A stretch of DNA of 64,000 bases from Eledone cirrhosa (Eukaryota): contig OZ024741.1 of assembly GCA_964016885.1 (NCBI GenBank), positions 406,782,001-406,846,000 on the forward strand, read 5' to 3'. Both the position numbers and the translations under genes were made by a program. Positions 11,081 through 25,100 of the stretch are shown piece after piece; within the stretch, counting starts at the first letter, position 1, and each line of letters opens with the position of its first letter. The notes below the pieces were generated by a model. It saw nothing but the letters and a program-made list of their open reading frames with translations. It made no database searches and had not been told where the DNA came from.

Positions 11081-12356
11081 TTTCGCTTGTCCATCACCCA
11101 AATCATGTTTTAAGGCTTGTGTTGGTGGTAGCGTGTAATTTTCCAAATAATATCCGATACGGGTCCCCTGCACTTCACTGCCAATTCAGCCATTTGTCAG
11201 AGGTTTTCCAAAACAATTTTGCCGATCGTCGCCTGCTTTTCGTTTCACAGGTAGCTTTTGTTCGCAATCGACATTCCATATTTGTACCTGCTGGATCACA
11301 GACACCTGGGGTCTAATAGCATAGAAATACAACTCGATCTTTTGGGGCAAGTTCAATAAATTACATCTGAACCACTCATTTTTTAATATTTTTTCTAATA
11401 AAAACCACGTCGGCGAACATTCAAGCGAAGTTCAGTCAAATCACTTTTTTTTTTCAGACTCACAAAACATTAAAACTGTCTGGAAGTGAAATTCTTTCAA
11501 AAAACCCTATTATCAGGGAGGCGACACGTATGGAATCTAAAATTACGAACAAAAGTTATGACGAAAATAACCCTTAAAATAAGCATCTAGGCGAGCAACC
11601 CGATTGCGAAATTTGAGAAATAATAGGATCAGCAGTGACCCTTTCTCAACGATCGAACGCTACAGGTTAATACGACCCATTTGATAGGCCAGCACCAATA
11701 CTGGAGATTGTGCAGGAAGCCATCTTTCGGGAAAAGGGGGCTCTCTTGGACGCCCCTACAAAAACTCAACGAACAGCAAGGCCGCCGGTGATCCGTGTAC
11801 AGCGACCGGTAAACAAACACTACAACGAACACAGCCCTTTAAACACAATCTCGACGGGCAGCACCGAAGTGAGAAATTGTATTGGGAGCCATCTTTCGGG
11901 AAAAGGGAGTGGGGGACTCTCACGGACGCCCCACAAAAAGCTCAACGAACGTACAGCAAGGTCGCCGGTGACCCGTTGAAATCGATCTTTAAGGAAAATG
12001 AGTGAACGGCAAAGCGGTTAGACTCGTTTCCAATGCCAGTTACGAACGAATAGAACCAATAAAACAAAACCAGGTTGACAGACGGACGTAAATAGAAAAA
12101 TATATATTTCTGGGAGACAGAGAATAGCTTTTCGAGACGCCTCTCGAACGAAAACGAAAACCGAACTGGCAGTTGCCACAAAGTTGATACGTGATAAGCA
12201 AACCCCTTATAATAGACAGGGTCCCCTGGTGGTAGAAGGGTAACCGTGTACGTCAATAGTCCCCGAAAATACCTCGTAAAGAAACGCCTCGAAGCGTTCC
12301 GCGAATTAGAGCCTTTAACATATTTGATCCGCTCCCAAACCGTTTAATTACGTTGA

Positions 12357-12527
12357 AATAATTGTTTATACTTTTGGCACAAGGCCAGCAATTTCTCAGT
12401 GTATTACTGGTACTTTATTTTATCGACCTCGTAAGGATGAAAGGCAAAGTTAACCCCGGCGGAATTTGGACTCAGAATGGCAAGGGCCGTAACTCTATGC
12501 CGCAAAGCATAGCGTCAGACCCTGTGC
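12357..12527 (-). mobile_element. SINE copy, partly deleted
   Basis: Reverse complement of the SINE body and tail. Confidence 0.85.
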
Positions 12528-12597
12528 CAACCATATTTAGCTGTCGTAAAAGTGATTTTTAAGGAAAAATACGGACGACTGGGCGGAGAATATATTG

Positions 12598-12599
<2 letters not shown>

Positions 12600-12668
<69 letters not shown>

Positions 12669-12914
12669 TGTGTGTGTCTGTGTGTGTCTGTGTGTCTGTA
12701 TGTGTCTGTGTGTCTGTGTGTCTGTGTATATATGTGTGTGTGTATGTATGAGTGTGTGTGTGTGTGTGTGTGTGTGTCTGTGTCTGTGTGTGTCTCTGTG
12801 TCTGTGTGTATGTGTGTGTGAGTGTATGTGTCTGTGTCTCTGTCTGTGCGTGTGTGTATATATATACATAGAGAGAGAGAGACACAGAGAGAGAGAGACA
12901 GATAGAGAGAGAGA

Positions 12915-12976
<62 letters not shown>

Positions 12977-12985
12977 GAGAGAGAG
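12600..12985. repeat. Compound (TG)n/(TGTC)n/(GA)n microsatellite
   Basis: Seen directly. Confidence 0.95.
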
Positions 12986-13339
12986 TTAATTATTTATAGA
13001 GGTAAACATGAAATTGATCAAATAAATAAAAGTAAATATCAGTCTTTGTTAATTGATAGAATAATCGAACCCGGTATCAAACGATGTAAAATATTTAAGT
13101 CAATCCATATGTAAGATATGAAATATTTACAATATAACTTTAGAAAAGGCTTAAACCTTCGATGGCTCTCGATGGTTGTGTGGTACAGTTACTGGTTAGG
13201 GCAAAGAAGAAGACAGCAAAGCAGAATATTGCTTCTCGTTTTGCTAACTTGAAGAAGATAGATTGTAGAAGATGGCTTGGCTGGGCATAGAGCCCCGGTC
13301 ACCGCAAGGGCTGAGGCACTGTGGCTATAGCTTCCTTCC

Positions 13340-14330
<991 letters not shown>

Positions 14331-14790
14331 AAATTATGGATTGGGGAAGGTGAGGCTGCGTGGTTACTGATAACAAGTATTAGAAGGTAAGGCAACACAA
14401 ACAAGAGATGAACAGTTTCCCTTCGTCGGCTGTTTACTATGAGTCATGGATGTTTCGGCGCATTGTAAACAGAACATCTATCCATAGCGCGCCCATAGCC
14501 TTTTATCTATCAAAACGCCATGAGGGAAAGAAGTGATAGCGAAGTAATGGTTTAACAGGTTTTTAGTACATCCATATATATATCGGGGGTAACCACAGTA
14601 AGTAAGGTACTCAATACATAGCAGAGTATAAATATTTAATATAGAAATGGCTTCTACAGGACTAGAACTGTTTCATTTGTGAGAAATATACACGTTTCTA
14701 TAAAGATCGTCTAGTCTCCTGAAACCTTTAGTAATTGAATAATTATATTGTGTTGTTAATATTATGTTACTAAGTAAATAAAAAAATATA

Positions 14791-14841
<51 letters not shown>

Positions 14842-15321
14842 ATAACAGGAGGCTGGGCTGGTGTAATTCCTTAAAACTACGCAAACGAAGACGGGTGAGT
14901 TGCATTACGTTGAGTGCTCTCCATAATATTACATCGAGGTTTACCATACGGAATGACCAGTTCTATCCAGTGGTAAACCAACAAACCTAAATAAATATAT
15001 ATATAGTGGTAGAACACTGGAAGGTAATATCCGTAGTGGTAGAGCACTCAGTCCATGGGACGAGTTAGGTAGAAGTGGTTACACAACAGTTAGTTCACCA
15101 TACCGAGAACAATTGTTTCAACTTAGCGGATACTTAGCGGATCCTCAGCGCGTAATGGACATGGTTATACGGAACAGGAAGGACAACCGTACGAACGCGC
15201 ATGCGCGGAAACCGTCACTTCACACAGGCAATACTAAAAAGCGTGCGAGAGGTGTAAGGGAGATAACTGCGAAAGTCCGAAAAGTTTCTAGCTGATAAGA
15301 AAATTAGGATGTTGTTGTGAT

Positions 15322-15670
15322 TCAATCCGGAGCTTTATAGTTATGTAAAAGGTGTTTCGAGACGTGTGGACAACGTGTGAAGAATTCATTTCTCGTGTTT
15401 AGGCAATCACTATTGCATAATCTCTTTAGAATATTTATTCGTTCATCAATACATAGTCCACACGACGGATTTCCCCTTGCGTATGACTTGGACTTAGTGA
15501 TGGCTTTCCATTGATTGGAGTAGTCTATACTTGAGTCCTTGAGGGACCATACGTGGCTCGCGAGTTTCGAGGATGAACGTCTGTCCGGATACCCAAAGGT
15601 CGACTGGTGGTTCAGGAAGCGTTCCTTAAATCGGCCCTCTGCCATACCCACATAGGATTTGACCTCCTGT
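15322..15670 (-). pseudogene. PLE GIY-YIG endonuclease fragment (second clade)
   Basis: YVGMAEGRFKERFLNHQSTF..LASHVWSLK..CGLCIDERINIL..LNTRNE..CPH. Confidence 0.88.
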
Positions 15671-15699
15671 GGTTGATTTGGTCGGTTGGAAGTAACCAC

Positions 15700-16095
15700 A
15701 ACACCTTCAACCTGATATCGAGAGCCTACCCTCCTAAGGTAACTGAACTTGCTCCTTTCGAGGCGGACCTTCTTGACTTAGTCGCTAACATTTCCTTTCG
15801 CAAACACCGTAACACCTTTCAAAGTAAACTTAGAAATGATATTAAGAAATTTAGGTCTTCTAATAACAATTTCGTTCTTTCCGACAAAACTAATAATATT
15901 TACGAAGTCGACAACACCACTTTCCGCCACCTAGCCCATAACGCTATTACTTCCAAATATAAGAAAGCTAACCCTATGGCCTACCACAACATTAATACAG
16001 AAGCCAAAGAACTTGCCGCCGCCCTTAAGGTAGATAAGAAGCTACAATCTCTAGCTAAGCGGGAGGCGTTCCTCACCCTGAAAGATCACAAGGTA
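15700..16095 (+). pseudogene. PLE RT N-terminal fragment, inverted relative to the endonuclease
   Basis: FEADLLDLV..FQSKL..LSDKTNNIY..AKREAFLTLKDHK. Confidence 0.85.
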
Positions 16096-16273
16096 GACTA
16101 TACTTATATAACTGCCATTGTTAAATGGTAGAGACTATTGAGAGTTCAATCCCGACATGAAGAAGTACTGTAATCTGTCAGTCATCTTCTTATATAGAAG
16201 TATGTGTGGTTGAGTGGTACAATCGCTGGTTATATAATTATATAACTGCCACTAGCAGAAAACCACCCTTCGG

Positions 16274-16322
16274 GTTTCCTGATGATTTCTCACGAATGAA
16301 ACAGTTCTAGTCCTGTAGAAGC
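16274..16322 (+). ncRNA. Type I hammerhead ribozyme in pLTR
   Basis: gtttc CTGATGA tttc tcac gaat GAAA CAG ttctagtc CTG TA gaagc. Confidence 0.82.
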
Positions 16323-16869
16323 GATTTCTATATTAAATAATTAAATATTTATACTCTGCTATGTACCTTACTTACTGTGGTTATCCCCGATGTATGTGTG
16401 TGTGTGGGGGGGGGGGGTCAGAATGGATGTACTAAAAACCTGTTAGACCATTACTTCGCTATCACTTCTTTCCCTTCTTTCCCTTCTGCTAGTATATGTA
16501 GTGTGTATATTGATATTATTCGCAGGTATATATATATGTAGATATGATACATCAAATAAAATCGTAATTGACAATATACACAGAAATTGAACGAAGACTG
16601 CGTTACACTGTCTTCTGTAATCAGTAACGTAATCCATGATACATTAAAAAAAAGACGATATTATATATAAACTACATTAGGAGAAAATTAGTGATGGAAA
16701 TATATGAATGCTTATTTAAGCGATTGCTAACCGATCGCTAAAGTGTTGACATTTGAACATTTTAAAGAAGTGAATCTTAAAATAAGCAACAAAATTATTT
16801 ATATTTAATCAAGAATAACGAAATTTAGTAGATAAATTATGTAATATTCATTCATTATTTATTTATTTA

Positions 16870-16977
16870 TTCAAATCCCGCCGAGGTTAACTTTGCCTTT
16901 CATCCTTACGGGGTCGATAAAATAAAGTACCAGTAATGTACTGGTTTATTGCTGGCCTTGTGCCAATAGTAGAAACA
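16870..16977 (+). mobile_element. 5'-truncated SINE with TSD ttatttattcaaa
   Basis: SINE body and tail; duplicated flank. Confidence 0.85.
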
Positions 16978-17843
16978 ATTATTTATTCAAAGTAATCCAA
17001 CTTATTTTACAAATGGGATAAAAAATATATTCTGGATGCAGTCCCACACTCCTTTTTTTTATAGTTTAGATTGTTAAATGGTATAGACTATTGAGATTCA
17101 ATCCCGACCAGAAGAAGTACTGTAATCTGTCAGTCATCGTCTTAGTCGACCCCAAAAAGATGGCAACACTAAACTCGATAGGAATCGAACTCAGTGCACA
17201 GAACAAATCCCTTAAATGATTTCATTCTAAACATTTCTTCCAAATCACGGCCTCCTATGTCGTTTATAAATTGATATGAATCAGTGTTTTATGTATTTGG
17301 GAAGCCCACATTAGCTGAGGACATTTAAAGGTAAAAGAATGGAGGTAAATATATGATAACTCTCACTGTGAGACACTAGAGTGACAGGGAAATCAATAGC
17401 TAATTATAGATTTAATCCAATAATCTACCTCAGCGTCATCAATTATCTCGAAATTATCGATAATTTTAGCTTAGGAAAATATTGGATTATTTGGGAGTTG
17501 TTTTACAATAACAATAAAAAGAAAATCGATAAGTTAAGCAAAATGATCATATTGATATTAATAATATTCTTGTTAAATGTGTGATACCACTCTCTCTACC
17601 TCCCTCTACCTCCCTCTCTCTACCACTCTCTCTCCCCTCTCTCTCTCTCTCTCTCTACCTCTACCTCTCTCTCTCTCCCCTCTTTCTCTCTCTACCTCTA
17701 CCTCTCTCTCTCCCTCTCTCTCACTACCCCCTCTCTCTCTCTCTCTCTCTACCCCTCTCTCTTTCTACTTCTCTCTCTCTTTACCTCTTTCTCTCTCCCT
17801 CTCTACTTCTCCCCCCTCTCTCTCTCTCTCTCATATATATATA

Positions 17844-18541
17844 TCTCCTTATAATATATAACCAGCAATTTCTCTGTCTGTCTGTCCGACAGTGGAAACA
17901 CGTGCGCGCATGGTTGCTACCTCTCTCTCTCTCCAGCTATCCCTCTCTTTTAGTCTGTCTGTTTCTCTCACTCTCACTCTTTCTCTTTGTAACACACTAA
18001 CATTCCTCCCCTCTATCGCTGTGACAAATGGGGATATGGAGGAGGAGGAGGAGGAGGAGGAGGAGGAGGAGGAGGAGGAGGAGGAGAGAGTCACTTCGTC
18101 ACTTCACCTCTGCCTTTCTTTCTCTCCCCTCTCACTCCCTCATTACGTACAGACATTAGGGCGGAGGATTGGCAGAATCTGTAGAGAGTCGGACACCATG
18201 CTTCATAGCATGGAGTTACGTCCGTGGGTAATTGCTGGCCTTGTGCCAAAAGTAGAAACAATTATTAGAAACATTGCTTCATTTTTACATATCTAAGCAT
18301 TAGTAAAATAACTAATAATTTCAAAAGTAATTTTTCAATTCCAATTGTTATGAACAGCAAAACATTAATAATAATTTTGTTCTAAGAAATATATATACAT
18401 TTCTGTGTGTGTGATATATATATATATACATACACAGAAATATATATATATACACACAGAAATATATATACATTTCTGTGTGTGTAATATATATATATAT
18501 ATATATACACACACAGAAATATATATACATTTCTGTGTGTG

Positions 18542-18584
<43 letters not shown>

Positions 18585-18855
18585 GAAATATATGGGCATT
18601 TCTCTGTTTGTCTGTCTGTCTGTCTGTCTGTCCTTCCCTAAAACTCAAATGTAGGTGCTACAGAAATATTACCTTCCCCTTCCTTTCTCCACTTTGGTAC
18701 TACCAAGAGAAACACTGTCGCTATAGAAACATTACCTTCCCCTCTCCACTGACTTTGGTCACTGAGGCCGAGGGAATCGCTGGTTGCTATAGAGACACCT
18801 TGCAGAAGCCAGAAGTAACCAGTTCGAGGCGGTTCTGACTTGACACCATGCCAAG
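17844..18855 (+). mobile_element. Helitron-like non-autonomous element pieces, containing a deleted SINE at ~18157-18262
   Basis: A|TCTCCTTATAATATATAA 5' end followed by (TCTG)n; same head at ~18589 and 18856. Confidence 0.55.
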
Positions 18856-19338
18856 TCTACTTATAATATATAATGGGCATTTCTCTGTTTGTTTGTCTGT
18901 CTGTCCATCTGTAAAAAATGCCAAGGAAACAAATAGACGCGGTTTCAAATCTCTATGCTTTTCAAATTCATTACATTAATCTTTATTTATACGTTTCGCT
19001 TTACGAGTGTTTCGACTTACGAGTGTTTCGGCTTACGAGTGTTTCGGCTTATCATTATATATAAACGTTTCTATTTCCATCGTTTTATCATAACATTTAT
19101 GTATCATAACGTTTATATTTCCGTCACTAATCTCTTTTTCTCCTTTTTCATTTTAACATATATTTATTTCAAAGATTTCACCGTATAGATAACATATATA
19201 TTTATACATGCATAAAAGACACACCGAGAGACGGTGAACATGTGGTGCCGAAAACATTTCTCATCCAAATCTCAACAATATCAGTATATACACTAGATTT
19301 GCTAGCAGAAAACCGCCCACCTGGTGGTTTTCTGCTAG
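18856..19338 (+). mobile_element. Non-autonomous Helitron
   Basis: 5' TCTACTTATAATATATAA plus (TCTG)n. 3' hairpin ctagcagaaaaccgcc/ggtggttttctgCTAG|T. Confidence 0.75.
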
Positions 19339-19511
19339 TCTATATATATAAAACTGAGGATGTCTGTCTGCGTGTGTGTGTGTGTGTGAGTTTGAATCCT
19401 TAAAACTCGATAAACACCCAACCGACTGTTTTCAAACTTTACACATGTAATACTTATGTTTCAGGGAGTGTTCTGAGCAAAAACAAATTTCAAGATTTCA
19501 ATGCTCTAGGG

Positions 19512-20463
19512 CAGTGGTCGCCAACATGGGTTCCGCGGAACCTTGGGGTTCCGTAAAACAAACTCCGGGTTCCTTAAAAAAATAAATATTTACATTACCA
19601 TTAATATTTTGGGTTTTCTGAAAAAGGCGCAAAGAAAATGACAAAGGTGCAATGTATAAATGAACGAGTACTATTGTAGTGTACACAGGTTCTCCACTCC
19701 AATTCGTGGAAAACACTACTGAATTAGCAGAAAAACACTGTTCTGAGATTCGTGGAAATTGAATACTTTCAATTTCACATCAATTCACATCAATTTTTTG
19801 ATTTCCATGTGTCTAACATACGTGGGCATGCCCACACAGTCAGAAAACAGCACAGTTCCCATGCTTTCGGAAACATTTTTTCACGCTCAGAGTTGCTGAA
19901 GCATGGAACAATCTGCTTGCATCGGTTGTTAGCTGTCGAGACACTGTATCCTTTAAGGCCTCCATGCTTCCCGAGATCCGCCAACACTACACCTAATGTT
20001 CACCCTCCATACACATACACACATGTATACCATGACTCATACACTATTCACTTCCCTGACATTTGTGTATTATTTTATGTACTATACATACATCTTTGAC
20101 GAGTTGTAGTGCACCTGAGCACTTTACACAATAATTTCATTATTATTATTCTTGGAAAGACATAGTTTTCTGAATTCCGAGAATTTGACTACTACTGATA
20201 ATATACTAATTGAACTTAGAAATTGACCAATCACAAACAAGTAAATGTTGGTCGGTGACAGCATAACTTTAAACTGAAAACTTCAGTTCAGCGAGGTCTC
20301 TCAGCCGAGAGACTGGGTCAGTTCGCTGTTCTCACAACGTAAGTTCACTAAAATAAATAAATACTTTTTTTTTTTTTTTGAAAAGTTTTGTATTGTATAG
20401 GTTCCGTGAATAATTCAAAATATTTAGAGGGTTCCTCGGTTTTAGAAAGGTTGGCGACCACTG
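19512..20463. mobile_element. Non-autonomous hAT DNA transposon
   Basis: 14-bp TIR CAGTGGTCGCCAAC. 8-bp TSD CTCTAGGG at 19504-19511 and 20464-20471. Confidence 0.93.
19765..20150 (+). pseudogene. CR1-type LINE 3' end nested in the hAT element
   Basis: NIRGHAH..RKHFFTLRVAEAWNNL..SVV..SFK; 3' UTR ends in (ATT)n. Confidence 0.85.
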
Positions 20464-21353
20464 CTCTAGGGATCGCATTAGGCGATTTAGCGATCTCCCT
20501 ATATAATTCTTAGTCTTTCTCTTTTTAGATAGATACATACATATAACGTCGCGCCCTTATAATATCTATCTGTATGTCTGGCTGTCTGCATTACGTCACT
20601 TCCCTGAGGATGTCTGTGTATGTGTGTGTGTCTGTGTGTCTGTGAGTTTGAATCCCTAAAACTCGAGAAATACCCAACCGACTTTTTTCAAACTTTACAT
20701 GTGTATTACTTATGTTTCAGGGAGTGTTATGCACATTAAAAAATGTTATCCCCTAGGGCTCGCATTAGGTGAAAAACTGCGTTTTTTCAGGTTTTTATGT
20801 GTTTTTTGAGACGTTACTTCAGGCCGATTTCCTTGAAATTGTAACTATGTATTAGTCGGTCTCTTCCTCATACCGTGAGCAAAGAAAATCCAACTTTTTT
20901 ATGGCCTAGGGCCCGCATTAGGTGAAAAACTTCATTTTTTTTCAGCCGATTTTCCCGAAATTTCAAGGCATATTATGCACATAAAAAAAATTCATTTTCT
21001 TGACCCCTAGGGCCCGCATTAGGTGAAAACCTGCATTTTTCCTGCTTCATCGAGGAAAATCTTAAAGATTATCCAGCTATCAGAGTATTCGGTTTATTTT
21101 CTTTACATATTGTCCAGGCATGCAGTTTTTCCACGATTAGGTCTGTTGGCGGCCCGCGTTCCAAAATACCTTATCCCGTGCAACGCCGAGTACCACTGCT
21201 AGTATTATATACATATCATATATACGTTATCTCTCTCTCTATATATATATATGTACACACACACACACAGACACACACATATATATATATATAGATATAT
21301 ATATATAATAGAGAGAGAAAGAGAGAGAGAGATATTATATCATACATATCATA

Positions 21354-21837
21354 TGACGAAGGCCAGTTAAGCCTGAAATGCATAGACGGTTGTCCCCCTT
21401 GCTTCTGCTGGACATCACCAGAGGGCGTTAGACCCCCAGTGTTTGCATAGCTACGGCTTCCTAAAACTATATTTCTTTGGAGATACAAAATATCTATACA
21501 TATTGTATATAGCTATGCTTGAAGCGAAAACCTATTTCTTTTCTATCATAAATTGAGCCAACTTATGCAGCTTCATATGCAAATGAGATTAATCACCTCA
21601 TTTACACAGACGAGAAAAGTATATATTCTCGCCTGTCTTCTAGTCCAGCAGTCGCAAGCGGTGGGAGGGACCGTCCTGACGAAGGCCAGTTAAGCCTGAA
21701 ATGCATAGACGGTTGTCCCCCTTGCTTCTGCTGGACATCACCTGAGGGCGTTACCCCCCCCCCCCCCTCCCGGTGTTTGAATAGCTACGGCTTCCTAAAA
21801 CTATATTTCTTTGGAGATACGAAATATTTATACATAT
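21354..21837 (+). mobile_element. Retrozyme-like element: 323-nt non-coding monomer, ~1.5 tandem copies
   Basis: 21354-21503 is repeated from 21677 (period 323). HHR at the junction, no credible ORF, flanked by simple repeats. Confidence 0.85.
21670..21713 (+). ncRNA. Minimal type I hammerhead ribozyme
   Basis: accgtc CTGACGA AGGC cagttaa GCCT GAAA TGCA TA gacggt; predicted cleavage after 21707. Confidence 0.93.
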
Positions 21838-21960
21838 ATATATATATATATACAGGGAATGTAATGTCCAATTACTGTAGGTTCACCCGAGTGAGCACTC
21901 AATACGTAGTTTCCAGTCAGTAAAGAGGTGTAGAACTAAGCAGAGTGTAATTATAATAAT

Positions 21961-22177
21961 GGTTTCTTATATAGGCACAAGGCCAGCAATTTTGGGGAAG
22001 GAGAAAGTCGATTGAATCGACGCAAGTACATTACTGGTACTTTATTTTATCGACCCCGTAGGGATGAAAGGCAAAGTTAACCTTGGCGGGATTTGAACTG
22101 AGATCATAAAGGGCCGTAACTGTACACTACAAAGCATGGTGTCCGACCCTCTACCGATACTGTCAATCCAACGCCCT
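21961..22177 (-). mobile_element. SINE, full length, whose 5' head seeds the adjacent array
   Basis: SINE body in reverse. TSD gtgtaattataataat at 21945-21960 and 26324-26339. Confidence 0.92.
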
Positions 22178-25100
22178 AACAAGGTGTCCCACCCTCTACC
22201 GATACTGTCAATCCACCACCCTAGCATGGCGTCGCACCCTCTACCTATACTGCCAATCCACCACCCTAACAGGGTGTCAGACCCTCTACCGATACTGCCA
22301 ATCGACAGCCCTAGCATGGTGTCCGACCCTCTACCGATACTGCCAATCCACCAACCTAACATGGTGTCAGACCCTCTACCGATACTGCCAATCCACCACC
22401 CTAGCATGGTGTCCGACCCTCTACCGATACTGCCAATCCACCACCCTAGCATGGTGTCCCACCCTCTACCGATACTGCCAATCCACCACCCTAGCATGGT
22501 GTCCGACCCTCTACCGATACTGCAAATCCACCACCCTAGCATGGTGTCCGACCCTCTACCGATACTGCCAATCCACCACCCTAGCATGGTGTCCGACCCT
22601 CTACCGATACTGCCAATCCACCACCCTAGCATGGTGTCCGACCCTCTACCGATACTGCCAATCCACCACCCTAGCATGGTGTCCCACCCTCTACCGATAC
22701 TGCCAATCCACCACCCTAGCATGGTGTCCGACCCTCTACCGATACTGCCAATCCACCACCCTAGCATGGTGTCCCACCCTCTACCGATACTGCCAATCCA
22801 CCACCATAGCATGGTGTCCCACCCTCTACCGATACTGCCAATCCACCACCCTAGCATGGTGTCCCACCCTCTACGGGGACTGCCAATCCACCACCCTAGC
22901 ATGGTGTCCCACCCTCTACCGATACTGCCAATCCACCACACTAGCATGGTGTCCCACCCTCTCCGGGTACTGCCAATCCACCGCCATAGCATGGTGTCCG
23001 ATCGTCTACCGATACTGCCAATCCACCGCCCTAGCATGGTGTCCCACCCTCTACCGATACTGCCAATACACCACCCTAGCATGGTGTCCGACCCTCTACC
23101 GATACTGCCAATCCACCGCCCTAGCATGGTGTCCCACCCTCTACGGGTACTGCCAATCCACCACCCTAACATGGTGTCCGACCCTCTACCGATACTGCCA
23201 ATCCACCCCCCTAGCATGGTGTACGGCCCTTTACCGATACTGCCAATCCACCACCCTAGCATGGTGTCCGACCCTCCCCCGATACTGCCAATCCACCACC
23301 CTAGCATGGTGTCCGACCCTCTACCGATACTGCCAATCCACCACCCTAGCATGGTGTCTGACCCTCCCCCGATACTGCCAATCCACCACCCTAGCATGGT
23401 GTCCGACCCTCCCCCGATACTGCCAATCCACAACCCTAGCATGGTGTCCGACCCTCCCCCGATACTGCCAATCCACCACCCTAGCATGGTGTCCGACCCT
23501 CCCCAGATACTGCCAATCCACCACCCTAGCATGGTGTCCGACCCTCCCCCGATACTGCCAATCCACCACCCTAGCATGGTGTCAGACCCTCCCCCGATAC
23601 TGCCAATCTACCACCCTAGCATGGTGTCAGACCCTCCCCCGATACTGCCAATCTACCACCCTAGCATGGTGTCAGACCCTCCCCCGATACTGCCAATCCA
23701 CCACCCTAGCATGGTGTCAGACCCTCCCCCGATACTGCCAATCTACCACCCTAGCATGGTGTCAGACCCTCCCCCGATACTGCCAATCTACCACCCTAGC
23801 ATGGTGTCCGACCCTCCCCCGATACTGCCAATCCACCACCCTAGCATGGTGTCAGACCCTCCCCCGATACTGCCAATCCACCACCCTAGCATGGTGTCCG
23901 ACCCTCTACCGATACTGCCAATCCACCACCCTAGCATGGTGTCCGACCCTCCCCCGATACTGCCAATCCACCGCCCTAGCATGGTGTCCGACCCTCCCCC
24001 GATACTGCCAATCCACCACCCTAGCATGGTGTCCGACCCTCCCCCGATACTGCCAATCCACCACCCTAGCATGGTGTCCGACCCTCCCCCGATACTGCCA
24101 ATCTACCGCCCTAGCATGGTGTCCGACCCTCTACCGATACTGCCAATCCACCACCCTAGCATGGTGTCCCACCCTCTACCGATACTGCCAATCCACCGCC
24201 CTAGCATGGTGTCCCACCCTCTACCGATACTGCCAATCCACCACCCTAGCATGGTGTCAGATCCTCCCCCGATACTGCCAATCCACCACCCTAGCATAGT
24301 GTCCCACCCTCTACCAATACTGCCAATCCACCACCCTAGCATGGTGTCCCACCCTCTACCGATACTGCCAATCCACCGCCCTAGCATGGTGTCCCACCCT
24401 CTACCGATACTGCCAATCCACCGCCCTTGCATGGTGTCCCACCCTCTACCGATACTGCCAATCCACCACCGTAGCATGGTGTCCCACCCTCTACCGATAC
24501 TGCCAATGCACCACCCTAGCATGGTGTCAGATCCTCCCCCGATACTGCCAATCCACCACCCTAGCATGGTGTCCCACCCTCTACCGATACTGCCAATCCA
24601 CCGCCCTTGCATGGTGTCCCACCCTCTACCGATACTGACAATCCACCACCCTAGCATGGTGTCCCACCCTCTACCGATACTGACAATCCACCACCCTAGC
24701 ATGGTGTCCCACCCACTACCGATACTGCCAATCCACCACCCTAGCATGGTGTCCGACCCTCTACCGATACTGCCAATCCACCGCCCTAGCATGGTGTCCC
24801 ACCCTCTACGGGTACTGCCAATCCACCACCCTAACATGGTGTCCCACCCTCTACCTATACTGCCAATCCACCACCCTAGCATGGTGTCAGATCCTCCCCC
24901 GATACTGCCAATCCACCACCCTAGCATGTTGTCCTACTCTCCCCCGATACTGCCAATCCACCACTCTAGCATGGTGTCCCACCCTCTACCGATACTGCCA
25001 ATCCACCACCCTAGCATGGTGTCCCACCCTCTACCGATACTGCCAATCCACCGCCCTTGCATGGTGTCCCACCCTCTACCGATACTGCCAATCCACCACC

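Larger units (their letters stand above)
14523..16475. mobile_element. Rearranged PLE cluster with inverted ends (14523-14687 and 16285-16475)
   Basis: Terminal segments are reverse complements. GIY-YIG and RT fragments inside point in opposite directions. Confidence 0.75.
19339..21202 (+). mobile_element. Composite non-autonomous Helitron(s)
   Basis: 5' TCTATATATATAAAACTGAGG; second head at ~20605; three ctagggc.cgcattaggtgaaaa motifs; 3' cccgtgcaacgccgag..ctgCTAG|T. Confidence 0.75.

Noticed and set aside
10798-12319. Kolobok or piggyBac call from flanking TTAA
   Set aside because: Sequences inside the TTAA sites are not inverted repeats.
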